A DNA stretch of 64,000 nt, taken from the NCBI GenBank assembly GCA_964465205.1, contig CAYXJO010000005.1, forward strand, positions 4,552-68,551. The letters are read 5' to 3'. Numbering within the stretch: position 1 is the first letter of the stretch; every line of letters starts with the position of its first letter. Source of the stretch: an uncultured Gammaproteobacteria bacterium. Its GTDB lineage: Bacteria; Patescibacteriota; Patescibacteriia; Magasanikbacterales; GWA2-37-8. Position numbers and translations under genes: made by a program. The notes below the pieces were generated by a model. It did no database searches, was not told the DNA's origin, and was given only the letters and a program-made list of their open reading frames with translations. Positions 34,929-44,481 of the stretch are shown here, one piece after another.

Positions 34929-37694
34929 ATGTTGTTTGAGAAAAAAACTCCACTGCCGATTACCAATTGTCCTGCTTGTAAAAGTGCCGGACAAGTCGGG
35001 TTTGCGCGTTGTCGTACGTGTCGCGGTATGGCGATGGGATACATTAGACGCAATCAAATACAGTTTTGGGGATACCCGATCACTAGTTATCACTTACGGC
35101 TTGAGCGCATGCGACGTATTTTTAATCGTATTCGTTTTGCCACTATATTACTATTTGGTTTAAACTTTTGGTTTTGGGTGGCTTGGGCCGGCTACAAAAA
35201 TAAATATTTAGATATTTTGACCAATCAGGGAGCAAAAAGTTTTTGGAATGTTATCACTTCAGGCGGCAATGGATTTCTGTTTTTTGCCGGCATTATCTGC
35301 TTTAGTTATTTGTTTTATCGATCTTTGGCAGAGCGTGAACATAAATTAGAGGTGGAACACCATGACTACAGGCATGAATCGAAAAGCACAGAAAATATCA
35401 GTGCGCCAATTGATTGGGCACGAGCAATAAAGGTATCTCGTAAATTACGTTTAAATATTGCCGATACTTATACCGAAGAAGCTTTGAAGATAGTGGGTGA
35501 TGCTTATCGTTTGGCGGAGAAAAATAAACAAACAACAGTAACCGCCAAACATGTGTTTTTTGCACTGCTGACTGCTAATCGAATTAGTAATATTTTTATT
35601 CGTTTGGGAATACCGGTCGCCGAGATCCAAAAACGTATGGGGCCGATAGTGTATGCCGGTGTTTCAGACAATACTCATTTGTCGCCGACAGTGGGCGAAG
35701 ATTTTGTTCAGACATTATTTCAGGCCTATGAGTGGGGATATGGCGCGCATCAAGAATATATTAGTGTTACGGAGTTGTTGGTTGCTTCGGTAGAACAATC
35801 GGCTGAAATTCAAGATTTGTTGTATGATTTTAATATTAATAAAGAAAAATTAGCCAATGTAGTGGAGTGGGCACGAATCCGCGAACGTATGTATCGTCAG
35901 TATAAGAAGTTTCGCCGGGCAGCGGGCAAACGCAGTACCCATGGCATGGATAAAGCAATGACTGCCGTAGCCACCCCATATCTCAATCATTTTAGTGACG
36001 ATCTTACATTGGCGGCCCAGTTTGGTTACTTAGATACCTGTGTGGCGCGCGAACGCGAGGTTGATGAGATATTCCGTGTAATTGAGGGCGGTCAATCCAA
36101 TGTGGTTTTGGTAGGTGAACATGGAGTGGGTAAAAAAAGTATTATCGATGGCATCGCCCAAAAAATGGTAGAAGATGATGTGCCAGATAGAATAAAAGAT
36201 AAACGTTTGGTTCAACTGAGTATTTCAGCTTTGCTCGCCGGTACCACTCCGGCCGGCGCGGTGGAGCGTCTAATTCGCATGCTCAACGAAATCGCGCGCG
36301 CGCGTAATATCGTTCTGTTTATTCACAATATCCATGAGCTTATTGGGGTGTCGGCCGGCGGTGAGCGGAGTTTGGATGTAGCTGGCACGTTGGTAGAATA
36401 TTTGGGAAAAAGCGGGTTTTTCACCATTGCGACCACCACCACCGACAATTACGCTCAGGCGATCGCGTCGTCAAATTTATCAAGTGTATTTACCAAGGTG
36501 GAAGTGCGTGAGATGGATGTTAATCAAGCGATTCAAACAGTAGAGTCAAAAATTGGCATGTTAGAATACAAGCACAATGTATTTTTTTCGTATGATGCTA
36601 TCGAAAAAACAGTGCAGTTATGTCACCGTTTTGTGCACGAGATAACTTTGCCGGGTAGTGCGATAGAAATCGCCACCGAAGCGGCTAGTTTTACGCATAG
36701 TACCAAAGGGTCAAATAGTTTGGTGACTGGCGAAGAAGTGTCAAAAGTGATTTCCGAAAAAACTCATGTTCCGGTAATGACAGTTTCGGCTGATGAGTCT
36801 ACCAAATTACTGCGTTTGGAAGAAGAAATGCATAAACGTGTGATCGGGCAGGATGAGGCGGTGGATTTGGTGGCGAATGCTCTGCGTCGAGCGCGCGCGG
36901 AAATGCGCTCCACCAATCGTCCAATTTCTAACTTTTTATTTTTGGGACCCACCGGTGTGGGTAAAACCGAACTAGCCAAGACCATTGCGGAAGTTTATTT
37001 TGGCGGTGAAGACAAAATTGTGCGTTTGGATATGAGTGAATATCAAGACAAGACCAGTATTTATCGACTGCTCGGTGCTCCAGGAGAAAAAGGCACGGGA
37101 ATTCTTACCGAAGCAGTCCGTCGCAATCCGTTCTCTTTGGTGTTACTTGATGAAATTGAAAAAGCCGATAAAGATGTTTTGAATTTGTTTTTACAAGTTA
37201 TGGACGACGGCCGTCTTACCGACAGTTCGGGGCGAGCAGTAGATTTTACGAATGTAATTTTGATTGCTACCAGTAACGCCGGCACAGCATATGTGGGAGA
37301 ACAGATTCGGGCCGGGCTATCAAGTGATGCAATAAAAGATAGATTGTTGCACGGTGAACTTAGCCAATATTTTCGTCCAGAGTTTCTGAATCGTTTCGAT
37401 GGGATAGTGCTATTTAAGGCGCTCACTCGAGATGATATAAAACGCGTGGCTTCTCTCATGATGAAACGAATCGCGCGCGATCTTGAAGCCAAAGGAATGG
37501 GGCTCGAAGTCCAGCCGGCGGCTTTGGAATTTTTGGCTGATGTTGGATTTGATCCGGAATTTGGCGCGCGGCCGATGCGTCGGGCGCTGCAAGAGCGGGT
37601 GGAAAATAAGTTGGCACAATTATTATTATCTGGTAAATTAAAAAGACGCGATACAGTGGTACTGGGTGCAGGCGGGGAGATGAGTGTAAAATAA
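34929..37694 (+). CDS. ClpA/B/C-like AAA+ ATPase with N-terminal zinc ribbon and TM helices
   Basis: CPAC..CRTC, two TMs, Clp-N repeats, GPTGVGKT, LLDEIEKA, FRPEFLNR, GARPMRR. Confidence 0.9.
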   Translation: MLFEKKTPLPITNCPACKSAGQVGFARCRTCRGMAMGYIRRNQIQFWGYPITSYHLRLERMRRIFNRIRFATILLFGLNFWFWVAWAGYKNKYLDILTNQGAKSFWNVITSGGNGFLFFAGIICFSYLFYRSLAEREHKLEVEHHDYRHESKSTENISAPIDWARAIKVSRKLRLNIADTYTEEALKIVGDAYRLAEKNKQTTVTAKHVFFALLTANRISNIFIRLGIPVAEIQKRMGPIVYAGVSDNTHLSPTVGEDFVQTLFQAYEWGYGAHQEYISVTELLVASVEQSAEIQDLLYDFNINKEKLANVVEWARIRERMYRQYKKFRRAAGKRSTHGMDKAMTAVATPYLNHFSDDLTLAAQFGYLDTCVAREREVDEIFRVIEGGQSNVVLVGEHGVGKKSIIDGIAQKMVEDDVPDRIKDKRLVQLSISALLAGTTPAGAVERLIRMLNEIARARNIVLFIHNIHELIGVSAGGERSLDVAGTLVEYLGKSGFFTIATTTTDNYAQAIASSNLSSVFTKVEVREMDVNQAIQTVESKIGMLEYKHNVFFSYDAIEKTVQLCHRFVHEITLPGSAIEIATEAASFTHSTKGSNSLVTGEEVSKVISEKTHVPVMTVSADESTKLLRLEEEMHKRVIGQDEAVDLVANALRRARAEMRSTNRPISNFLFLGPTGVGKTELAKTIAEVYFGGEDKIVRLDMSEYQDKTSIYRLLGAPGEKGTGILTEAVRRNPFSLVLLDEIEKADKDVLNLFLQVMDDGRLTDSSGRAVDFTNVILIATSNAGTAYVGEQIRAGLSSDAIKDRLLHGELSQYFRPEFLNRFDGIVLFKALTRDDIKRVASLMMKRIARDLEAKGMGLEVQPAALEFLADVGFDPEFGARPMRRALQERVENKLAQLLLSGKLKRRDTVVLGAGGEMSVK

Positions 37695-37696
37695 AT

Positions 37697-38242
37697 ATGA
37701 AGGAAGTCGAAGTAAAAGTTGCGTTAGACGATGTAACCAGTTGGCGTTCCAAGTTTGAGAACGCCAACTTTAATTTTGTTTCTGATACCAAACAAGATGA
37801 TCGTATTTTTTTACCACCCGGATTTAATTATGATGGTATTGTGCCCGGCACACCCGTAATACGAGTACGCAGTGAGGATGATAAAAAATTTACACTTACT
37901 CTTAAGAAGAAGTTAGTGAATGAGTTGGATAAGATAGAAATCGAACTAGTCATCAACGATCCGGAACAAGCCGCTGAATTAATCCGAGGTGTTGGATATA
38001 AAGAAATTTTACGTATTAAAAAACATCGGATAAAATTTAAAAAAGACGATATTGAATTATGTTTGGATGAAGTGGAAGAGTTGGGTGGTTTTGTAGAAGT
38101 TGAACGCATGGTAGAAAACAATGCGGACAGTACAGTGATACAAGCACAGCTTCTGGAGTTATTATCAGACATGAGTGTGGATATTGGACGTCGAACACCC
38201 AAAGGTTATGATAGTTTGTTGTATGAAAAGATAAAACTATGA
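37697..38242 (+). CDS. CYTH domain protein (class IV adenylate cyclase-like)
   Basis: EVEVK, IRVR, LDEVEELGGFVEVE. Confidence 0.88.
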   Translation: MKEVEVKVALDDVTSWRSKFENANFNFVSDTKQDDRIFLPPGFNYDGIVPGTPVIRVRSEDDKKFTLTLKKKLVNELDKIEIELVINDPEQAAELIRGVGYKEILRIKKHRIKFKKDDIELCLDEVEELGGFVEVERMVENNADSTVIQAQLLELLSDMSVDIGRRTPKGYDSLLYEKIKL

Positions 38243-39291
38243 ACAAATTACTAGTTTTGGTATCAGCATTTTGTTTAGCTGGGATATTTGCTTGGCTAGT
38301 TAAAAACATTGCCGTTAAATTTAATATTGTCGACAAGCCATCAGCACCACGCAAAAAGCACGCTCGGGCCGTGCCGATGCTGGGAGGTCTTGCGATTTGG
38401 ACAGCGTTTTGGTTGGTAGTGGGTTACTTGGCTTTGTTTACCAATCTTATCGGCAAGCATTTGGCATTGGATAGATTGTTTTGGGTATTTGTTGGTAGTA
38501 TTGTTCTAATGATTGTCGGTGTTTTGGATGATAAATATTCTCTTGGCCCAAAATTACGTCTTGTCTTTAGTATTGTGGCGGTTTTGATTGCCATGGTAGG
38601 AGGAGTGGGGATTGAAAAAATTACCAATCCATTTGGCGGAATTTGGTATTTGGATTTTTGGCAAATTCATTTTGGAGAATGGGGTACGGTTTTGGTGTTT
38701 GCCGATATGATTGTTTTGCTGTGGATATTGGGAATGACCTATACCACCAAAATTCTAGACGGCTTAGACGGTCTCACTACGGGTATTTCCGCTATTGGTG
38801 CGTTGATGATATATTTTATTGCCAATGGTGCACGTTGGCACCAACCAGATGTAGCCTTGGTAGCATTGGTGTTTGCTGGCACTTGTTTAGGATTTTTACT
38901 TTTTAATTTTAATCCAGCCAAAATATTTCTAGGGGAAAGCGGCAGTTTGTTTTTGGGGTACATGCTTGGTGTGTTATCTGTAATTTCGGGAGGGAAATTC
39001 GCTACTGCGTTGCTGGTGATGGCTGTACCAATCTTGGATTTGGCATGGGTAATCGCTTATCGTCTGCGCCAAGGTCACGCTCTTAGTCGTGGTGATCGTG
39101 CTCATTTGCATTTTCGTTTGGTGGACGCCGGCTGGAGTCAGCGCAAGACTGTGTTGTTTTTGTATGCGATAGCTATTTTGTTTGGAGTATCCACCCTGTT
39201 TTTTCAAAGTAAAGAAAAAATTATAATTTTACTAACGCTCGTAGTTTTGGTATTTGTATTTGAGCGTTTAGTGACTAAGTGGAAAAAATAA
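38239..39291 (+). CDS. WecA/TagO-type undecaprenyl-phosphate GlcNAc-1-P transferase
   Basis: GVLDD, DGLDGL, NFNPAKIFLGESG, HLHFRL. Confidence 0.9.
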   Translation: MNKLLVLVSAFCLAGIFAWLVKNIAVKFNIVDKPSAPRKKHARAVPMLGGLAIWTAFWLVVGYLALFTNLIGKHLALDRLFWVFVGSIVLMIVGVLDDKYSLGPKLRLVFSIVAVLIAMVGGVGIEKITNPFGGIWYLDFWQIHFGEWGTVLVFADMIVLLWILGMTYTTKILDGLDGLTTGISAIGALMIYFIANGARWHQPDVALVALVFAGTCLGFLLFNFNPAKIFLGESGSLFLGYMLGVLSVISGGKFATALLVMAVPILDLAWVIAYRLRQGHALSRGDRAHLHFRLVDAGWSQRKTVLFLYAIAILFGVSTLFFQSKEKIIILLTLVVLVFVFERLVTKWKK

Positions 39292-39295
39292 TTTT

Positions 39296-39853
39296 ATGTT
39301 TTTATCCAAATCACAAAATACAGACGTTACCATAAAAAGATGGCATCGATGGGTTGTTGGAATAATAGTATTATTAACTATAGTAGTGAATTTGTATTCA
39401 TTTTATTGGCCGCGTGTGCGTGTGCAAATGGTTGGGCAGGACATACGAGTCGTGGTGGCCGATACCAATAAACATCGTTTGCGCGGTCTAAGCGGGCGAG
39501 ATGATTTTCGCAATACTGGCGGGTTATTGTTTGTATTTCCTCAATCCGGTATTCACACTATGGTCATGCGCGACATGAAGATGCCAATTGATGTGGTCTG
39601 GATAGCTACTGCATCGGATAACCACAAATGTCGGGTAGGATCGTATTTTAGGCAGCTATTTTTTGGTGTTCGACCCACTTGTAAAGGGGTGGTAGTTGAG
39701 ATTGCGCCCAATATTCAGCCGGAGCCGGGGAAAACAGAAATAGAGTTGAAAAAATATTTTTCTACCAAAAATTCCACAATGGTACTGGAATTACCGGCCG
39801 GTTGGACGGAGCAGAACGGATTGAAGATAGGGGATTTAGTGCAAGTGAGGTAA
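39296..39853 (+). CDS. DUF192 family protein
   Basis: VADT..RLRGLSGR, MRDMKMPIDVVW, VLELPAG. Confidence 0.85.
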   Translation: MFLSKSQNTDVTIKRWHRWVVGIIVLLTIVVNLYSFYWPRVRVQMVGQDIRVVVADTNKHRLRGLSGRDDFRNTGGLLFVFPQSGIHTMVMRDMKMPIDVVWIATASDNHKCRVGSYFRQLFFGVRPTCKGVVVEIAPNIQPEPGKTEIELKKYFSTKNSTMVLELPAGWTEQNGLKIGDLVQVR

Positions 39854-39958
39854 AATTTTAAAATTAATTTGGCTATAATTAGCCAAGAAAATGGCTTCCT
39901 GTGGATAAGTTGAGCACACCCTCTTGACAAAAGAGGGATTTTGTGTTATACTAATCAG

Positions 39959-40196
39959 TTGCGAAAATGTAAAACGCAATACGGTCTCCCTGTTTCATCG
40001 TGTAATGAAATAGGGAATGAAGCAATTGTAAACAATGAAAGGACCAACTAATGAGGTGAGCGCAGCGCGGAGCGCGCAAAAAATCCGCGGGTGGCACCCG
40101 CACCGGAAATAGCCAGAGGCGACATCGGCCTCGACGTCGAGCCTAGCTCCGTCAAAAGGGTGTATTTTACAGGGTGGCTTCGGCCGCCCTTCTTTA
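39959..40196 (+). ncRNA. Candidate structured ncRNA, family unassigned
   Basis: TTGACA-17-TATACT promoter (39924-39952), several stems, UUCG terminator hairpin, no credible ORF. Confidence 0.55.
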
Positions 40197-40274
40197 TTTA
40201 TTATCTGCTATTGACATTTTTAGAGAGTTTTGGTATGATAATCCCACTGTAAATCAATTAAATTCACTATATAT

Positions 40275-40580
40275 ATGTACGCAGTTATTGCTACCGGCGG
40301 AAAACAATATTTGGTTAAAACCGGTGAAACTATCAAGGTAGAAAAATTGGCTGTCAAAGAAGGCGAAAAATTCGCTTTTGACAAAGTGCTTCTTACTGCC
40401 AAAGATGATGGTACCGATGTCAAAGTCGGCACCCCATATTTGGAAGGAGTATCAATTGAGACCAGCGTGATCAAACAGGGTAAAAATCGTACTTTGTTGG
40501 TAGAAAAATTCAAAAACAAAGTTCGCTATCACAAAACCCACGGTCAACGCCAGAGATTTACGGAAGTGAAGATTGGATAA
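40275..40580 (+). CDS. rplU: 50S ribosomal protein L21
   Basis: MYAVIATGGKQY...HGQRQRFT. Confidence 0.97.
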   Translation: MYAVIATGGKQYLVKTGETIKVEKLAVKEGEKFAFDKVLLTAKDDGTDVKVGTPYLEGVSIETSVIKQGKNRTLLVEKFKNKVRYHKTHGQRQRFTEVKIG

Positions 40581-40590
40581 AATACAAATT

Positions 40591-40669
40591 AAACAGCGGA
40601 TACAATATATTTTAGTGCCCAAGCTCCCTGCGGTCGAAGGGCACATAAAACATGTTGTATCCGCTGTTT
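40591..40669. repeat. Long hairpin family copy 1; probable bidirectional terminator
   Basis: Stem shared with 63410-63508. Confidence 0.75.
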
Positions 40670-40681
40670 TGTTTAATTTTT

Positions 40682-41284
40682 TTATTTTCTATTTTTCAAC
40701 GCACTTCCGAGTGTGATTTCGTCGGCGTATTGCAGATCCGATCCCATTGGCAGTCCACGCGCCAGGCGTGTTATTTTTATTTTAGGATTAATTTTTTTGA
40801 TATTTTTTTCCAAATACATCGCCGTAGTTTCGCCTGGCAAGTCTGGATTTAGAGCCAAAATAATTTCAGTGACTTTTATTTTGGCCATTGGGTGACTGCG
40901 TTTCAGTAATTCGCGGATTTTTACTTTGGCGAAGTTTTCTTCGTTATCTACTTCTAACACACCGCGTAGTACGTGGTAAACGCCGTTGAACTGGTCGGTC
41001 TTTTCGATAGCCGGTACATCTTGGGGGTCGGCTACTACACACACGGTGGCATGATCGCGTTTCGTATTGGCGCAAACTGGGCAGGGGGTAGAGTCGGCGA
41101 AGTTCCAGCACAGTTCACAGCTTTTGGTGTTTTTGAGTAGTTCGTCCAATGCCGCTCGTAATTCGTTCACTTCGCCCTTGCCGGATTTAAGCAATCGAAA
41201 AACATACCGTTCGGCCGTGCGTTCGCCCACCGACGGTAGCTTTTTAAAGGCATTGATGAGATTAGTGATCGAGCGGGAGTACAT
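40682..41284 (-). CDS. recR: Recombination protein RecR
   Basis: LPSVGERTAER, C4 zinc finger, RGLPMGSDLQYADEITL. Confidence 0.96.
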   Translation of the reverse strand: MYSRSITNLINAFKKLPSVGERTAERYVFRLLKSGKGEVNELRAALDELLKNTKSCELCWNFADSTPCPVCANTKRDHATVCVVADPQDVPAIEKTDQFNGVYHVLRGVLEVDNEENFAKVKIRELLKRSHPMAKIKVTEIILALNPDLPGETTAMYLEKNIKKINPKIKITRLARGLPMGSDLQYADEITLGSALKNRK

Positions 41285-41313
41285 AGAAATAATAAGTCGA
41301 TTATATATGTGTC

Positions 41314-41342
41314 GTAGCGACACTGCGAAGCACAAGGAGCGA
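41314..41342 (+). repeat. 29-nt dispersed repeat, copy 2 (in a hairpin loop)
   Basis: GTAGCGACACTGCGAAGCACAAGGAGCGA. Confidence 0.9.
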
Positions 41343-41365
41343 GGCGCATGTATAATCGGCGCATG

Positions 41366-41680
41366 TTATTTCATCCCCGGCAAATTCAAACCATCGAGTC
41401 CGCCCATTTCTTGCATTTTTCCAGCCATCACACGTTGCATTTTTTTGAGCGCTTCGGCGTGAGCTTCTTTGAATCCGTTTTGGAGCCTTTCTTTTTTGTC
41501 GGGCGATAATAGCTCATCATCAATTGCGAGTCCGGTGATTTGCAGATTACCGTCCATGGTTAGCACGATTTTATCGCCAGCAGCGCGCACGGTGATAGAT
41601 TCTTTACCCAATACATCCTGTAATTTTTTGCTTTGGTCGCGTAGATCCTTGAACTGTTTGAGCTTTGAAAACATTGACAT
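41366..41680 (-). CDS. ybaB: YbaB/EbfC nucleoid-associated protein
   Basis: Size, upstream of recR, KKLQDVL...MDGNLQI. Confidence 0.85.
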   Translation of the reverse strand: MSMFSKLKQFKDLRDQSKKLQDVLGKESITVRAAGDKIVLTMDGNLQITGLAIDDELLSPDKKERLQNGFKEAHAEALKKMQRVMAGKMQEMGGLDGLNLPGMK

Positions 41681-41681
41681 A

Positions 41682-42857
41682 TTATTTTATGTTAATATTT
41701 AAATTTTGATATTTATCTTTGGCAAACTCTGTCTCGAGTTTGTGACTGATTTGGGTGATCTCATCACTGTACTTATCTTTTAGTTGTCCCCACGTTAGTT
41801 TTTCTATGAGGCTAGCAGACAATATACTTAGAAAATTTTCAAGGACCCCAGCTTGTAGTAGGTATTTTTTTACCAACGCAGTACCTTCTAGATATTGTTT
41901 AGCATCACTGATTTGTCCGCTGTCCCAATCGTTTCGTAGTTTTTCTAGTTCTTCATTCATCTCACGACGCATGTGTTTGTATTCTGGGCCAATTTCTTTG
42001 AGATGGATTTCACCGCGTCTTTCCAGGGGTAAAAATTTTTCTAAAAATTCTTCGATTGGTATGTATCCTGCCGCGGCTGGATAGGGCATTTGACCAGCTT
42101 CAAGTAATTGTTTGACACGTCTTTCATTTATTTGCCCATTACGATCCATAAACTGTAACCATACGTGCATGCCGTTTTGTGGTATCGGGCTGTCAACCGG
42201 GTGGAATCCGAGTATTTGTGTACGCGGATGACTAAGTAACCAAGAAGTCCCAATTACCGCTCGTGTTTGAGGGTATTTGTCTACAATTATTTCCGCTAGT
42301 TTGCTAAGTGATTGAAATACGTCTTGATCGTTTAAATCAGCCTTACCACTTTTGAAAAAAGGTTCGAAATGCACGTCTATAAATTCGTCTTCATTTGAAT
42401 AGCCAGCAGTGTGCGCCCAAGGTAAATCGCTTTTGGGATTGTATTTGATTAATCCAGCGGACATGTTTGGATCATGTTCGTGTTCTTTTGTTGGTAGCGG
42501 TGGCCATTGATTTTCAGCCTCGTCGATTAGTTTTTTTATTTCTTGTTGCCAATTTTTAGCATGATCGGAATGTATTTGATTGACTTGTTCTTCTATTTTT
42601 TGCATGTATTCCCAAGTCGATGGCAATGTGGCATCATTATGCCTGGCCAAACTATAACGATCTTGTAGTTTGTTGAATAGAGGACTATTTTTGTATAGTA
42701 TATCACCAAAATTTTCATTTCCTGTTTCTTCCATTAATTTTTCCGCATACAAAAACATTACATCACTAAGACGTTCTTTGTAGCTCTCCATATGCCTTTC
42801 GAAGTCAGTTGCTTCAATTGGTTTGAATATCTCGGGTGAAATACTTCGATGTTCCAT
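41682..42857 (-). CDS. Hypothetical protein
   Basis: 391-aa ORF in an operonic position between dnaB and ybaB. Confidence 0.75.
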   Translation of the reverse strand: MEHRSISPEIFKPIEATDFERHMESYKERLSDVMFLYAEKLMEETGNENFGDILYKNSPLFNKLQDRYSLARHNDATLPSTWEYMQKIEEQVNQIHSDHAKNWQQEIKKLIDEAENQWPPLPTKEHEHDPNMSAGLIKYNPKSDLPWAHTAGYSNEDEFIDVHFEPFFKSGKADLNDQDVFQSLSKLAEIIVDKYPQTRAVIGTSWLLSHPRTQILGFHPVDSPIPQNGMHVWLQFMDRNGQINERRVKQLLEAGQMPYPAAAGYIPIEEFLEKFLPLERRGEIHLKEIGPEYKHMRREMNEELEKLRNDWDSGQISDAKQYLEGTALVKKYLLQAGVLENFLSILSASLIEKLTWGQLKDKYSDEITQISHKLETEFAKDKYQNLNINIK

Positions 42858-42866
42858 AGATTATTT

Positions 42867-44363
42867 TTAAAACGCTGGCTCTGGCCCTGGTGCACGTGGT
42901 GCTGGAGGTGATCCGGCCGGCCTGGCGAAAGCGGATTTGGGTTTTAGGGCCGGTGCCGCGTTAGTGCTGCCACCACCACTTGGGGCATGAAATTGTTTGT
43001 CCAAATTACGAAAACTGGTAGTCGGTTCGTTGAAGATCATTTTTACCATGCCAGTCGGACCGTTTCTGTGTTTGGCGATATGCACCTCGGCCAAATAACG
43101 TTCGTCGGGTGGAATATCTTCTAAGCGATAGTTGCGGTCGGCTGCTTTGCGGTAGATAAATAATACCACATCCGCGTCTTGTTCGATAGATCCGGATTCA
43201 CGCAAATGTGAAAGTTTTGGTATGGCAGGCTTGCTTTGTTCTACTGTACGAGAAAGCTGGGACAGTGCGAGCACTGGCACATTTAGTTCACGCGCAATAC
43301 CTTTGAGACCGCGAGTAATTTCGGCAATTTCTTGCACGCGATTTTCTTCCCGCCCCTTGCCGCGCGATTCCATAAGTTGCAAATAGTCGATAACAATTAG
43401 TCCTAATCCGTGCTCCATTTGCAAACGACGAGCTTTGGTGCGGATTTGCATGACATTAATATTTGGAGTGTCATCGATAAAAATTGGTGCTTCAGAAAGT
43501 ATACCCATAGCATGGCCAATGCGTGGGAAGTCGTCGGATTCGGGACGATCAGATAGTCGGCCGGTACGCATGCGCCACAGATCAATATTGGCTTCGGCGC
43601 AAAGTAAGCGATCCACTAACTGTTCCTTGCTCATTTCCAAAGAAAACATACCCACGGCAGTTTTTTGTTTGGTGCCCACATGACGCACCATATCCAAAGC
43701 CAAAGAGGTTTTACCCACACTAGGGCGAGCGGCCAAAATGACCAGGTCGGATTTTTGTAAACCGGCAAGCAAATTGTCCAAATCAGCAAAACCGGTAGGT
43801 ACGCCACGCAGTTTACCTTTATTGCGGTGTAGTTCGTCGATACGATCAAACGCCCCAGCCAACACACCGCGAATAGGTGTAAAGGCTTGTTTCATATACA
43901 CCTGCGAAACGCCAAAAATTTGTTTTTGAGCGTCATCAAGAATTTTTTCTACATCACCATCGTCTTCCTGAAAACTGAGACGAGTAATTTCTTGCGAAGC
44001 GGCCAGTAGTCGGCGACGTGTAGCCTTGCGGTGAATGATTTCCGCATAATGATTAGCATTGCTAGCCGTAGGCACGGCGTTGGATAATGCAGCCAAATAA
44101 GAACGTCCGCCCACATTTTCCAAAATTCCTTTTTCTTCCAAACGATTGGCGAGAGTGAGTAGGTCGATCGGGTCATTTTTGGAATATAGTTCTACAAATA
44201 TTTCATAGATACGACGGTGACCATCTTTATAAAAATCTTCCGCACTCACAATATCTGCCACGCGTAACATGGCATCTTTATCTATTAAAACCGAACCTAG
44301 TAGCGACATTTCTGCCTCTAGGTTTTGTGGGGGTATTTTTTCGATTTCGGTGATATCTGACAT
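42867..44363 (-). CDS. dnaB: Replicative DNA helicase
   Basis: PPQNLEAE, AARPSVGKT, IDYLQLM, LRESGSIEQDAD, AKHRNGP. Confidence 0.97.
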   Translation of the reverse strand: MSDITEIEKIPPQNLEAEMSLLGSVLIDKDAMLRVADIVSAEDFYKDGHRRIYEIFVELYSKNDPIDLLTLANRLEEKGILENVGGRSYLAALSNAVPTASNANHYAEIIHRKATRRRLLAASQEITRLSFQEDDGDVEKILDDAQKQIFGVSQVYMKQAFTPIRGVLAGAFDRIDELHRNKGKLRGVPTGFADLDNLLAGLQKSDLVILAARPSVGKTSLALDMVRHVGTKQKTAVGMFSLEMSKEQLVDRLLCAEANIDLWRMRTGRLSDRPESDDFPRIGHAMGILSEAPIFIDDTPNINVMQIRTKARRLQMEHGLGLIVIDYLQLMESRGKGREENRVQEIAEITRGLKGIARELNVPVLALSQLSRTVEQSKPAIPKLSHLRESGSIEQDADVVLFIYRKAADRNYRLEDIPPDERYLAEVHIAKHRNGPTGMVKMIFNEPTTSFRNLDKQFHAPSGGGSTNAAPALKPKSAFARPAGSPPAPRAPGPEPAF

Positions 44364-44481
44364 AGCTAAGTCATTGTACAAGATTGGTTATTTGGGCGCA
44401 ATAGTTTGCCTGGGGAAAAAGTGTGGAGAGAGTGTGCAGTAGTTGTGATTATTTTTTAGGTCTTCTCATATTGATAAAATT

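Noticed and set aside
40048-40110. Hammerhead ribozyme or T-box in the candidate ncRNA
   Set aside because: CTAATGA and GGAAA deviate from the CUGANGA/GAAA core; GGGTGGCACC lies in its own hairpin and no synthetase gene follows
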